Shown here piece after piece: positions 8,625-17,657 of a stretch of DNA of 64,000 nt. A program made the translations under genes and the position numbers. The DNA is from an uncultured Eubacteriales bacterium (GTDB taxonomy: Bacteria > Bacillota > Clostridia > Oscillospirales > CAG-272): contig URDX01000001.1 in NCBI GenBank assembly GCA_900546695.1, forward strand, positions 15,441 through 79,440. The letters run 5' to 3'. The notes beneath the pieces are model-generated. The model made no database searches. It saw only the letters and a program-made list of their open reading frames with translations, and was not told where the DNA came from. Every line of letters begins with the position of its first letter. Positions within the stretch are counted from its first letter, which is position 1.

Positions 8625-10169
8625 TTATTCGCGGGTAAATACATAAAAATAAACTCTTCCGCCACCAAACGAATAATCGCCGCATTTCCATTCTTTGAAA
8701 AGATATTCCCTGCCGTCAATCGTCTTTATTTCGTATGCAGACACGGTCTTTTCCCGCCTGTTCAGAACAAATCCCTTTGTCCATACGGAGGTGACGCTGT
8801 TTGTTCCGTTTTGGGTAGTTGATATATACACTCCGTTTTCTCTGAATTCTGCCGAAAATACAAACAGATCCTCCCGCTTTAGGTTCTGCTTATCGGGATC
8901 AAAGTCCTCTTTATGAATGACAAAATCCCGCACTTTCCATTTTCCCAGGACATTTTCGTCGTTTACAAACGGATAGTCGATATTGTCGCATTTTCTGAAC
9001 TCTTCAGGCGAAGAATAGTGTCTGTCGTCTGCCTTCTCATATACCCATATCTCCGGAACACCGAAGCCGACACCGCTGTCGCCGCAATCGGTCATCTCAA
9101 GGAAAAGCAGCTTGTGCCCGTCGATGTTTTCGATTGTATAATGATTTGCATACAGTGTATCCGGCTTCGGCCCGCCTGTAAACATCGTCCCTTTTGTCCA
9201 GCCGTCTACTGCCCAATAACCCTTTCCGCCGTCGATAAAATACAACTCGTGGAGCCAAGCCAGGTGACCGCATTTCGGATTTCCGTAGATAAACTGCTCG
9301 CGCGTCGGGACGATATCTACCATTTCCCACTTCCCGCAAACCTCGGGGTCATCCGTAAAAGGCGCTTTTGCGTCAACATTTACATACAAAGGTGCTTTTG
9401 ACATTCCGCTTACGGGAACCTTGAGTTCGACGGTTCCGTCGCCGTGATAAATTTCATAATATGCGCCGCAAACCTTATAATTTGAGCTGTCAAGGTGCTT
9501 TGTTATGGCTTTATAGGCGTCGTCAAGCTCGCTCTCCTTGCAACAAAGCGATGCAACATCTCCCGCGAAGGTGATGACCTTTTCGGCATAATCACTTTCC
9601 TTCGGTAAGCTACCGGTAATCTCCGCGCATGCGGCAAGGTCGAAATCGGATTCCTTGTATTCGGTTTCATAGTTTATAACCATTCTGCGTTTGCCGACGA
9701 TACTTTTCGGCAGTTTTTCCGCAATTTCGGTCGCTTTGAGCAATGCGTCCGACTTTGATTTATAATGTTTGCGCACAAAGTCAACACGTATTTCATCAGT
9801 TTCTCTGATAATAATATTAAACATTTTTGTCTCTCCTTCCATAAGGCCGTTTTTGATTGATTCGATTTTTCTCAGGCGGTTTTGAGTGTTTTCAACGAGC
9901 AAATTCAGTTCGTCAAGCTTGCCATTCAATATCCCGATGATTTTTTCATTATCGCCGATGGTCAGTTGTCGGCGTATCTCATCAAGAGAAAAGCCCAGTT
10001 CCTTCAAAGCAATGATACGGTAGCAGTCCGCTAACTTTGAAGCGGAATAGTACCTATACCCTGTAAACTTGTCGATTCTGTCCGGCACAAGCAATCCCTC
10101 GGAGTCGTAATATCGTAGAGTTTTGACCGACATGTTGCACAGCTTTGATAATTCACCGATCTTATACAT
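8625..10169 (-). CDS. MerR-family transcriptional regulator with GyrI-like effector domain and a duplicated C-terminal domain
   Basis: The N-terminus MYKIGELSKLCNMSVKTLRYYDSEGLLVP is a MerR HTH. The middle region is GyrI-like. The C-terminus has two copies of a roughly 110-aa module (GKW.V.D.V...F ... WTKG ... Y.I..IDG...LF.E). The gene is visibly more AT-rich than its flanks. Confidence 0.8.
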   Translation of the reverse strand: MYKIGELSKLCNMSVKTLRYYDSEGLLVPDRIDKFTGYRYYSASKLADCYRIIALKELGFSLDEIRRQLTIGDNEKIIGILNGKLDELNLLVENTQNRLRKIESIKNGLMEGETKMFNIIIRETDEIRVDFVRKHYKSKSDALLKATEIAEKLPKSIVGKRRMVINYETEYKESDFDLAACAEITGSLPKESDYAEKVITFAGDVASLCCKESELDDAYKAITKHLDSSNYKVCGAYYEIYHGDGTVELKVPVSGMSKAPLYVNVDAKAPFTDDPEVCGKWEMVDIVPTREQFIYGNPKCGHLAWLHELYFIDGGKGYWAVDGWTKGTMFTGGPKPDTLYANHYTIENIDGHKLLFLEMTDCGDSGVGFGVPEIWVYEKADDRHYSSPEEFRKCDNIDYPFVNDENVLGKWKVRDFVIHKEDFDPDKQNLKREDLFVFSAEFRENGVYISTTQNGTNSVTSVWTKGFVLNRREKTVSAYEIKTIDGREYLFKEWKCGDYSFGGGRVYFYVFTRE

Positions 10170-10291
10170 AGTTTCTTCCTTTCTTCTGATTTTGCAATAT
10201 CAGAAACATCGCTATTTCTTCCTTGCAAGTCAAGTTTATCATTACCGTTGGGGGGAGAGTCAAGAGGTTTTTGAAAAAAAATTGCGATTAT

Positions 10292-10339
10292 AAAAATCAG
10301 CCGAAAGTGGGGCTGAAAACCTCATTTTCGGCTGATTTT
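10292..10339 (-). terminator. Terminator downstream of tRNA-Pro
   Basis: The stem is aaaaatcagccgaaa / tttcggctgattttt. On the minus strand it is followed by a T-run. Confidence 0.6.
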
Positions 10340-10415
10340 TGGTCGGAGTGGCCGGATTCGAACCGACGGCATCGAAGTCCCAAACTTCGCGCGCTACCAG
10401 CTGCGCCACACCCCG
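10340..10415 (-). tRNA. tRNA-Pro (anticodon UGG), CCA encoded
   Basis: The reverse complement reads CGGGGTGTGGCGCAGCTGGTAGCGCGCGAAGTTTGGGACTTCGATGCCGTCGGTTCGAATCCGGCCACTCCGACCA. It has a 7-bp acceptor stem, the anticodon loop TT-TGG-GA, and the T-loop TTCGAAT. Confidence 0.95.
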
Positions 10416-10894
10416 AAATATTAGTATGCCCCGCCCTTGCAGGAAAGGATGAAGTATAAAACACAAGTGACGTATCACGATTTGCACAAGCTACATACAA
10501 ATCAAAGCGACACATGCGAAAATGCGAAGAAGTTACATGAATTATAAAGGCGTATTATTGCTCACGCAATTAAAGTGCGGATGTTATCAAAACGTCAATT
10601 TTCGTCATTTGAGCATTTTACGGTACAGCCTATTTTAAAACCAAAGCGTTACACACCGCACATGCGATGTGTAACGGCAAAAGACAAGGGTTAATTCATG
10701 TACGGTTCAGGTTACCTCGGATGCTTGCGTCGCGCAAGCACCGACCGATTGAACCCCACTTTGATTAAATCACGCAGAGATTTAGTTTACTTCAGCCGAA
10801 CACATTCAGAGCAATCGGCTAAGTAAGGTTCCGTTAAACCAATTCAGAACAGCGGCTCAGTCGGGCTCAGTTAAACCGTTCAACACATTCGATC

Positions 10895-12184
10895 TCAATT
10901 AGCCTTATTAAACGCGCCCTCGTCGGGAATATGCTGAAGCGTGATATCTGCGCCGACTGCGCGGAGCTTACCGACGATATTATCGTATCCGCGCTCGATG
11001 TAATAAACATCGTCAATGCTCGTAGTGCCCGGTGCGGCGAGACCCGCGATTATCATAGCGGCGCCTGCTCTGAGGTCACAAGCCTTGAGAGCAGCGGCGC
11101 TGAGCGGCCTTCCGCCCTCAATTATCGCCGTCTTTCCGTTGACCTTGATACGCGCGCCCATGCGCTTGAGCTCCGAAACATAGCGGAAGCGGTTATCCCA
11201 CACGCTCTCGTTCAGGTAGCTGACCCCGCTTGCGAGGCACATAAGCACACATATCTGCGGCTGCATATCGGTCGGGAAGCCCGGATAGGGCTGAGTTTTG
11301 ATATTGACACGTTCAAGCGGACCGCGGCGGGAAACGGTGATCGAATCGTCCTCTTCGACGACATTGACCCCCATCTCGATAAGCTTAGCGGTGACCGACT
11401 CGAGATGCTTAGGTATAACTCCGCTTATGCGGAGATTTCCGCAGGTAGCGGCTGCGGCGAGCATATATGTACCCGCCTCTATCATATCGGGAATAATGGT
11501 ATAGCAGCAGCCGTGCAGTTGCTTTACGCCGCGTATCTTGATGGTATCGGTGCCCGCGCCGGAAATACGTGCGCCGCAGGCGTTGAGGAAGTTTGCAACA
11601 TCTACTACATGCGGCTCTCTTGCCGCGTTCTCGATGACGGTAAGTCCGTCGCTCTTTGCAGCGGCGAGGATAACATTTATCGTTCCGCCGACGGTGGTGA
11701 CATCAAAATATATATTGCCGCCGCGGAGTCCGCCGAGCGCATTTGCCTCGACATAGCCGCCCTCGACATCGACGGTCGCGCCGAGTGCTTCAAAGCCCCT
11801 GATATGCTGATCTATCGGGCGAACGCCGAAATCGCACCCGCCGGGGTAAGCGACATAAGCGCTGCCGAATCTGCCGAGCTCTGCGCCGATAAGGTAATAG
11901 GAGGCGCGCATCTTACGCACAAGCTCATATGAGGACATTCCGCCCACCGCGTGCGTAGAATCAAGCTCTATTGTGTTTTTTGCTACTCTTTTTATCTTGA
12001 CACCGATGCCCGAAAGGATATCGAGCGCGACCGAAACATCAATAATATCGGGAACGTTCTCTATCGTACAGGTATCGTTCACGAGGAGGCAGGCGAAAAG
12101 CACGGCAACGACCGCATTTTTCATACCGCTTATTTCGACCGAGCCGACGAGCGGTTTTCCTCCGTTAATTATATATCTATCCAT
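10895..12184 (-). CDS. murA: UDP-N-acetylglucosamine 1-carboxyvinyltransferase
   Basis: MDRYIINGGKPLVGSVEISGMKNAVVAVLFA... is typical of MurA across its full length. The start could be 12184 or 12205. Confidence 0.95.
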   Translation of the reverse strand: MDRYIINGGKPLVGSVEISGMKNAVVAVLFACLLVNDTCTIENVPDIIDVSVALDILSGIGVKIKRVAKNTIELDSTHAVGGMSSYELVRKMRASYYLIGAELGRFGSAYVAYPGGCDFGVRPIDQHIRGFEALGATVDVEGGYVEANALGGLRGGNIYFDVTTVGGTINVILAAAKSDGLTVIENAAREPHVVDVANFLNACGARISGAGTDTIKIRGVKQLHGCCYTIIPDMIEAGTYMLAAAATCGNLRISGVIPKHLESVTAKLIEMGVNVVEEDDSITVSRRGPLERVNIKTQPYPGFPTDMQPQICVLMCLASGVSYLNESVWDNRFRYVSELKRMGARIKVNGKTAIIEGGRPLSAAALKACDLRAGAAMIIAGLAAPGTTSIDDVYYIERGYDNIVGKLRAVGADITLQHIPDEGAFNKAN

Positions 12185-12353
12185 TATGTAATGGCCTCGT
12201 TTCATAGCATTTTAACCGTCTTGTCGGGGGCGTGATGCTCCCCCGCGGTCACCGCGCTGAGAGGTCTTGCGGCGACTTGACCGACGGGAATTCTGTCCGG
12301 AAACGGCACACATAAAACACAAGGTTTCATAAACACCTTCGGATATTATACCA
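12185..12353 (-). promoter_or_regulatory. murA promoter (extended -10 TGGTATAAT at 12345-12353) plus about 150-nt structured leader
   Basis: TGGTATAAT is read on the minus strand. The leader contains nested hairpins (ggtc/gacc, cgcgg-tga-ccgcg, ggggg/ccccc) enclosed by ccgtcgg...ccgac..gacgg. Confidence 0.4.
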
Positions 12354-12517
12354 CAGTTATTGTCTTTTGAAAAGGTTTGTATGACCTTTTTTCGTCGTTG
12401 CCGGATAATTTTATATCATATGCACAATATATCCGAAACGTCGCACACGTTATTTGTGTATCACGCCGCGTTTTTCACACTTACAGTATATGCAGCCTTA
12501 CATATAATGTCACCGAT

Positions 12518-14026
12518 TTATTCAGAATCGGGACACAGATACGCAACAGCGAGGTCAACAACGAGTCCGTAGCTCTTTGAGCCCGCGCTCTGACCCGAGA
12601 GCTTGAGGAAGGTATCGTTCACCGCTCCGCTGACGGTCGCCGCGGTATTCTCCGCATACTTTGAGAAGAAGCGGCTGTACGACTGCATCTCATATATCAC
12701 ATGAAGATCGAGCTGTCCGACAGCGCGATTATAGAGGTCGGTATCCGCCTGAGCGAGCGCGGAATAAACGTACTCGAGCACACTGACGGAAGCGCTGTAG
12801 CGGATATACGGGTCATCGCTCTCCATGCAGACAAGATATGCGACAAAATTCGCCTCATCCTCACGCGCGATGCCGCGCTGATGTGCGAGCTCGTGAGCCG
12901 TCGTATACGGGATGGTATAATCGGGAAAGTTAGTATTGAGATTGCTCTCGCCCGTATAAAAGGCGTAGACTCCCGCGATATGCGTATATGTCATGAGCGG
13001 GCTTATCGCGAGCGGCTTTATCCGCGTATGCATGCTCTGAATGAAGCTGTGCGTAGGCGTAAAGCAGTCGTAAGCCTCGCATATCTTGTCGCTGAGCTCG
13101 TCGATGCCGTAGGGCATTATCGAGGCGTCCTTATAGGTAAAGGTGATGTCGTCGACGAGCGAATTAACATCATCGGTCAGCACGAGCGCGGTATCATACA
13201 GCTGCCGTGCGGAAACATCGCGGCGGTCGAGCCCGAGACGGTCTTCAAGCTTTGTGCAGTTATACGACGGCACGAACGAAAAGACAAACAGGCTGTACAG
13301 AAACGATATCAAAGCAAGCAGCGAAAAGAAGAATCTCCACCATCTGCGCTTATGCGCGGCAAGCGCGTTTGAAGCGACAAAAAGCAGGACTATCATCACG
13401 GGCAGCATGAATATCAGCGTCTCCGCAAGCGAAAACGGGAGCACGCCGCTGATCTTTGCAAGGCAGAAGCGCAGTGCCGCCCCGACAGTACCCGACATGA
13501 AGTCGGAAAAGGCGGTCGACAGCGAGAGACAAAGATGCACCACCCCCGCGAGAACGCCGACGCACAGCAGGATAAAAGCCGGCAGACGGATGTATCCGCC
13601 GAATATTCCATTTCCGTCGTTGGGGTCGTCCTCGCGGTTAAGCCGTTCTTCGAGCTCACGTGCTATCAGCATGGGGTCGTCATCATCGTCATCGGACATC
13701 TGCGACATTGCGGCAATTTTATCATACAGCTCCGACGGTAACATACATGGAGAAGTGTCACCTTCTTCCTCCGCTATACGCAAAAGGGCTGCTTCATCAT
13801 CTTCATCGTCTTCATCCGATGTATGTGGCAGGGCGTCATCGCTGCCTTCATCCGATATATGCGGCAGCGCGGCTGCGTCATACTCTTCGCGCGACATAGG
13901 CTGCGGAGCAGTATCGCCCGCACCGTCGGACATCGCCGACCGCGGCGCGGCGCTGTCGGCAGCGTCCGAACGTGCAAGCCCGCCCTCCGCTTTATTCAGT
14001 TCATCTCTCTCGTTCATCTCATCCAT
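12518..14026 (-). CDS. DUF3810-type membrane zinc-metalloprotease-like protein with acidic N-terminal extension
   Basis: It has the HExxH motif HELAHQRG, several TM segments, and an N-terminal D/E-rich low-complexity region with a repeated ALPH(I/T)SDE unit. Confidence 0.7.
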   Translation of the reverse strand: MDEMNERDELNKAEGGLARSDAADSAAPRSAMSDGAGDTAPQPMSREEYDAAALPHISDEGSDDALPHTSDEDDEDDEAALLRIAEEEGDTSPCMLPSELYDKIAAMSQMSDDDDDDPMLIARELEERLNREDDPNDGNGIFGGYIRLPAFILLCVGVLAGVVHLCLSLSTAFSDFMSGTVGAALRFCLAKISGVLPFSLAETLIFMLPVMIVLLFVASNALAAHKRRWWRFFFSLLALISFLYSLFVFSFVPSYNCTKLEDRLGLDRRDVSARQLYDTALVLTDDVNSLVDDITFTYKDASIMPYGIDELSDKICEAYDCFTPTHSFIQSMHTRIKPLAISPLMTYTHIAGVYAFYTGESNLNTNFPDYTIPYTTAHELAHQRGIAREDEANFVAYLVCMESDDPYIRYSASVSVLEYVYSALAQADTDLYNRAVGQLDLHVIYEMQSYSRFFSKYAENTAATVSGAVNDTFLKLSGQSAGSKSYGLVVDLAVAYLCPDSE

Positions 14027-14029
14027 CGT

Positions 14030-15220
14030 TTACTCCTCATCACGGCTGCGGTGTAAGCAGTCTGCACTGCGGTCGCTGCCCAAGCCATCCATGTCACATT
14101 CGCCGCATAAGCTGCCCGCATCGCGGCAGCGGGCTATCGCCTCATTTATTCTATTCTCGGTCTCACCGTCAAGCAGCACGCGTATATCATCGGGCAGCGG
14201 TGCAGACACGCGTACCCGCGTCCCATGCCTGACTGCGAAGCCAGTGCGGGGCGCTGTTCTTCCCCGCTCTGCCGCTCCGCCGCGTGCCCCGTCGGTCGAT
14301 TCATCGTCCGTTTCACCCGTAAGTCCGACGGGCGTATCAAAGCACAGCAGTGCGGCGTGCAGCGCCTGACGATCAATCAGAGCACCTTCCGTTTCCGCCT
14401 GCGGCAGCTCCTCTCCCGTTTCTCTGCGGCGAGTGAGAGCATCAAGCAGCCCCTCGCGCACGGGATACAGCGTATCGCCGTATATCGGGTGCCCGATATG
14501 CGAAAAATGTACCCTGAGCTGGTGCGTCCTTCCCGTTATCGGCTCGGCAAGCACCGCCGTACAGCGCTCGCCGCCGACGGTACAAGTGCAGATACATCGG
14601 TAGCGCGTCAGCGCCCTGTCGCCGTCCGCCGCTACGCCGCGCAGTATAATGCTCTCGCGCAGCCGTGCTATCGGGGCGTTTATCACCCCGCTGTCGGGCA
14701 GCCCCTCTCCGCGTAGAAGCGCGAGATAGACCTTTCCTATCCCGCCGCTCTGCATCGCCTGTCCGAACATCGCCGCAGCCGCTCTGCTCCGCGCTACGAG
14801 CACCGCGCCGCTCGTTCCCGAATCGAGCCTGTTCACGGCGCGAAACACGAACGGCACGCCCCTCTCCGCGTATCTGAACGCGAGCGCATTTGCGAGTGTA
14901 TCGGTATAATGCCCGTGCGACGGGTGAGTAGGCATAAACGGCGGCTTTGAGCAGACGACGCATGCACCGTCCTCATACAGCACATCCACCGGCAGGTCGA
15001 CGGGCTGCAGCTGCAGCGCGCTCTCCGCATCCTCAAGCGCGAGCGAAAGCTCGTCTCCTGCGCTCAGCACGGCGCGCACCGTCGCATGTTCTCCGTTCAG
15101 CAGGATACCGCGCGGGTCCTTTTTAAGCACCGTCAGCGTACCGTGCGAGAGTCCGAGCACGCCGCGCAGATATTCGCGCAGCAGCATGCCCGAGAATTTG
15201 TCATCTATAATATACCGCAT
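14030..15220 (-). CDS. RluA-family (RluD-like) pseudouridine synthase
   Basis: It has an S4-like N-terminus and the catalytic motif NRLDSGTSGAVLVARS, followed by QLRVHFSHIGHPIYGD. It also carries an insertion and a C-terminal tail. Confidence 0.85.
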   Translation of the reverse strand: MRYIIDDKFSGMLLREYLRGVLGLSHGTLTVLKKDPRGILLNGEHATVRAVLSAGDELSLALEDAESALQLQPVDLPVDVLYEDGACVVCSKPPFMPTHPSHGHYTDTLANALAFRYAERGVPFVFRAVNRLDSGTSGAVLVARSRAAAAMFGQAMQSGGIGKVYLALLRGEGLPDSGVINAPIARLRESIILRGVAADGDRALTRYRCICTCTVGGERCTAVLAEPITGRTHQLRVHFSHIGHPIYGDTLYPVREGLLDALTRRRETGEELPQAETEGALIDRQALHAALLCFDTPVGLTGETDDESTDGARGGAAERGRTAPRTGFAVRHGTRVRVSAPLPDDIRVLLDGETENRINEAIARCRDAGSLCGECDMDGLGSDRSADCLHRSRDEE

Positions 15221-15307
15221 GCAGTCCTCCCGCACCGATGTTTTTTATATTCTAACTCATTTTTCCCGATTTTGCAACAGATATTATTTTTGCAAAGGTT
15301 AAGCATA

Positions 15308-15324
15308 GGTCAGTAAAGGTCAAA
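15308..15324 (+). promoter_or_regulatory. CtsR-box-like direct repeat
   Basis: GGTCAGT-AAA-GGTCAAA compares with the consensus A/GGTCAAA-NAN-A/GGTCAAA. Confidence 0.55.
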
Positions 15325-15396
15325 ATAATGAGAAATCGCTTGAAAAACATGCGTTTTGCGCTCAAAATCGTCCGAGATCGGATTTCGGCAGAATTA

Positions 15397-15442
15397 TTTG
15401 ACCTATTTTGACTTTGACTTTCTTTGACCTTTCGGATATAAT
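15397..15442 (+). promoter_or_regulatory. ctsR operon promoter overlapped by a CtsR operator cluster
   Basis: Four TTTGAC(C) heptads (reverse-orientation GGTCAAA) start at 15397, 15407, 15413 and 15423. The promoter is -35 TTGACT (15414-19), a 17-nt spacer, and -10 TATAAT (15437-42). Confidence 0.75.
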
Positions 15443-15514
15443 ATAGCCGTACAAAGGAAATCGGGAAGCCGATGAGGATGTACAAAAATGATGCGAAAGA
15501 AAGGAAGCGTAGAT

Positions 15515-15943
15515 ATGCCGATATCGGACACGATAGCCGCGATAATCGAGGAGATGCTCGACGGAGGCGGAGGAACAGCAGAGCTGAAAAGAAACGACCT
15601 TGCCACACGGGTCGGGTGCGTTCCCTCTCAGATAAACTACGTTATAACCTCGCGCTTCACACCCGATAAGGGTTACGTCATCGAGAGCAGGCGCGGCGGC
15701 GGCGGATACATCAGGATAACGCGGAAGCAGATGAGCCGAAACGGTTATCTGATGCATGTATTCCATGCGGTCGGCAGCGAGATCGACCGTGCGTCTTGCG
15801 ACGCATTCGCGGTGAACCTCCGCGAGCGGGGCGTTGTATCGCCCAGAGAAGCAAATCTGATTCACATAGCGTCGGGCTTTATCGAAAAAAACTCGGACAG
15901 AGCCGACATGCTTCGTCAGATTATACTCACCGTGATGGATTAA
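15515..15943 (+). CDS. ctsR: Class III stress gene repressor CtsR
   Basis: MPISDTIAAIIEEML...PSQINYVITSRFTPDKGYVIESRRGGGGYIRI matches CtsR. The RBS GAAAGGAAG lies 8 nt upstream of the start. Confidence 0.92.
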   Translation: MPISDTIAAIIEEMLDGGGGTAELKRNDLATRVGCVPSQINYVITSRFTPDKGYVIESRRGGGGYIRITRKQMSRNGYLMHVFHAVGSEIDRASCDAFAVNLRERGVVSPREANLIHIASGFIEKNSDRADMLRQIILTVMD

Positions 15944-15991
15944 AATAGTCACGGATATCACAGAATAAGAAGAAAGGTCAGGTAAGCTATT

Positions 15992-16513
15992 ATGATGTGC
16001 ACAAAATGCGGTAAGAAGGAAGCAAGTGTATACTATAAACAGAATATAAACGGTAAGGTCACCGAAATGAACCTCTGCGAGGATTGCGCAGCGGAGCTGA
16101 GAAAGAAAACGGATGCCGAGTTCGGCTCGTTCTGGAAGGGCTTCGGCGAGATGAATCTGCTCGCACCGTTCTTCGGACTCCGTCCGTCGTCTCGTCTCGG
16201 GAGCGGCAGAACCTGCCCTGTCTGCGGCGCGACCTACAGAGACTTTGCGGAATCCGGCAAGGCTGGCTGCTCAAAGTGCTATGAGGTGTTCGGCAATGAG
16301 CTCGGAGACACCATTGAGGGCATTCACGGTAAGCGCGAGCATGTAGGTAAGATACCGAAGCACCTCGGCGGCAGAATAAGCCGTGAAAAGAAGATAGAAA
16401 AGCTGAAGGAAAAGCTCAGCATTGCCGTAGGCAAGCAGGAATTCGAGGAGGCGGCTAAGCTCCGCGATGAAATTCAAAGCCTCGAAAAAGAAGAAAACGA
16501 AAAGGAAGCGTAA
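15992..16513 (+). CDS. mcsA: McsA (UvrB/C-motif zinc-finger activator of McsB)
   Basis: It has CxxC pairs (CTKCG..CEDCA; CPVCG..CSKCY) and a UVR-like C-terminus (EFEEAAKLRDEIQSLE). It sits in the ctsR operon. Confidence 0.9.
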   Translation: MMCTKCGKKEASVYYKQNINGKVTEMNLCEDCAAELRKKTDAEFGSFWKGFGEMNLLAPFFGLRPSSRLGSGRTCPVCGATYRDFAESGKAGCSKCYEVFGNELGDTIEGIHGKREHVGKIPKHLGGRISREKKIEKLKEKLSIAVGKQEFEEAAKLRDEIQSLEKEENEKEA

Positions 16514-16527
16514 AGGGGGATACGGAT

Positions 16528-17550
16528 ATGTATTGGTACACCGAAAAAGGTAAAGACAGCGACGTTGTCATAAGCTCGAGAGTAAGATACGCGAGAAACC
16601 TGCGCGATGTTCCCTTTGTATCAAGGCTTGACAAGGCGGGCGCCGAGAAGGTAATAGAAAAGGTCAGAGGCGCGCTCGACGACGAGAGCGGATGGGAGTT
16701 TACCGACTTTTCATCGCTCAGCGGCGAGCAGGCGCAGGCTTATGTCGAGCGCTACGATGTCAGCCCCGAATTCGCCGCATCCACCCTGCCCCATGCATAT
16801 ATGTATCAGAAGGACAGCGGCGTCGGCATTATGATTTGCGAGGAGGACCACATCCGTCTGCAGTGCATCCGCTCGGGTCTTGCACTTGAGGAAGCGTTCA
16901 ACTGCGCAAACGAGGTCGACGATAAGCTGATAGACCGTCTTGATGTTGCGTTTGATGACAAGCTCGGATTTCTGACCCATTGTCCGACCAACCTCGGTAC
17001 GGGTATGAGAGCATCCATAATGGTGTTTCTCCCCGCCCTTGCGATGAACCGCAAGATAGGCGCGCTCGCGACCTCGCTCGGAAAGCTCGGACTCACCATC
17101 CGCGGCACATGGGGTGAGGGCTCTGACGCAGACGGCTACATGTATCAGATATCCAACCAGACGACGCTCGGCATAAGCGAGCTCGACACCATTAAGAAGC
17201 TCGAGGAGGTCACGGCGCAGATAATGGAGCTTGAGCGCAACGCAAGAGCTGCCATGAAGTCGGACAGTTCCGACCGTCTCACCGACCTTGCGTACCGTTC
17301 ACTCGGCACGCTGCGCTCCTCCTATCTGATGAGCTCTAAGGAATTCCTCAGTCTCTGCGCGTATGTCCGTCTCGGATTTGCGCTCGGATATCTCGACGAA
17401 AACGAGCTCAGCTACGAGAAGCTGACCGAGACGATGGTGCATGTCATGCCCGCAAGCCTTTCTGTAGACGAGGGCAAGCACCTCAGCGAGCTCGAGCGCG
17501 ACAAGGCACGCGCTAAATACCTGCGCACACATCTCGGGGAAAACAAATAA
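16528..17550 (+). CDS. mcsB: Protein arginine kinase McsB
   Basis: It shows the ATP:guanido phosphotransferase pattern (RVRYARNL, CPTNLGTGMRAS) in the expected operon position. Confidence 0.92.
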   Translation: MYWYTEKGKDSDVVISSRVRYARNLRDVPFVSRLDKAGAEKVIEKVRGALDDESGWEFTDFSSLSGEQAQAYVERYDVSPEFAASTLPHAYMYQKDSGVGIMICEEDHIRLQCIRSGLALEEAFNCANEVDDKLIDRLDVAFDDKLGFLTHCPTNLGTGMRASIMVFLPALAMNRKIGALATSLGKLGLTIRGTWGEGSDADGYMYQISNQTTLGISELDTIKKLEEVTAQIMELERNARAAMKSDSSDRLTDLAYRSLGTLRSSYLMSSKEFLSLCAYVRLGFALGYLDENELSYEKLTETMVHVMPASLSVDEGKHLSELERDKARAKYLRTHLGENK

Positions 17551-17657
17551 TCCCCGGGGGGTAGGACATTTTGAGAACAGACGGGATCGTATACAGACCA
17601 TTTAAGAACAGTCAAAGTACAGACAAAAACAATTGATCGGGAAAGAGATGATATAAT

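Noticed and set aside
12360-12580. Two short plus-strand ORFs of 67-70 aa.
   Set aside because: They lie in an AT-rich intergenic stretch between the DUF3810 gene stop and the murA promoter. Neither has an RBS or a recognisable motif.
13143-14369. A 408-aa Ser-rich plus-strand ORF.
   Set aside because: It is antisense to the DUF3810 and RluA-family genes, and its translation is low-complexity.
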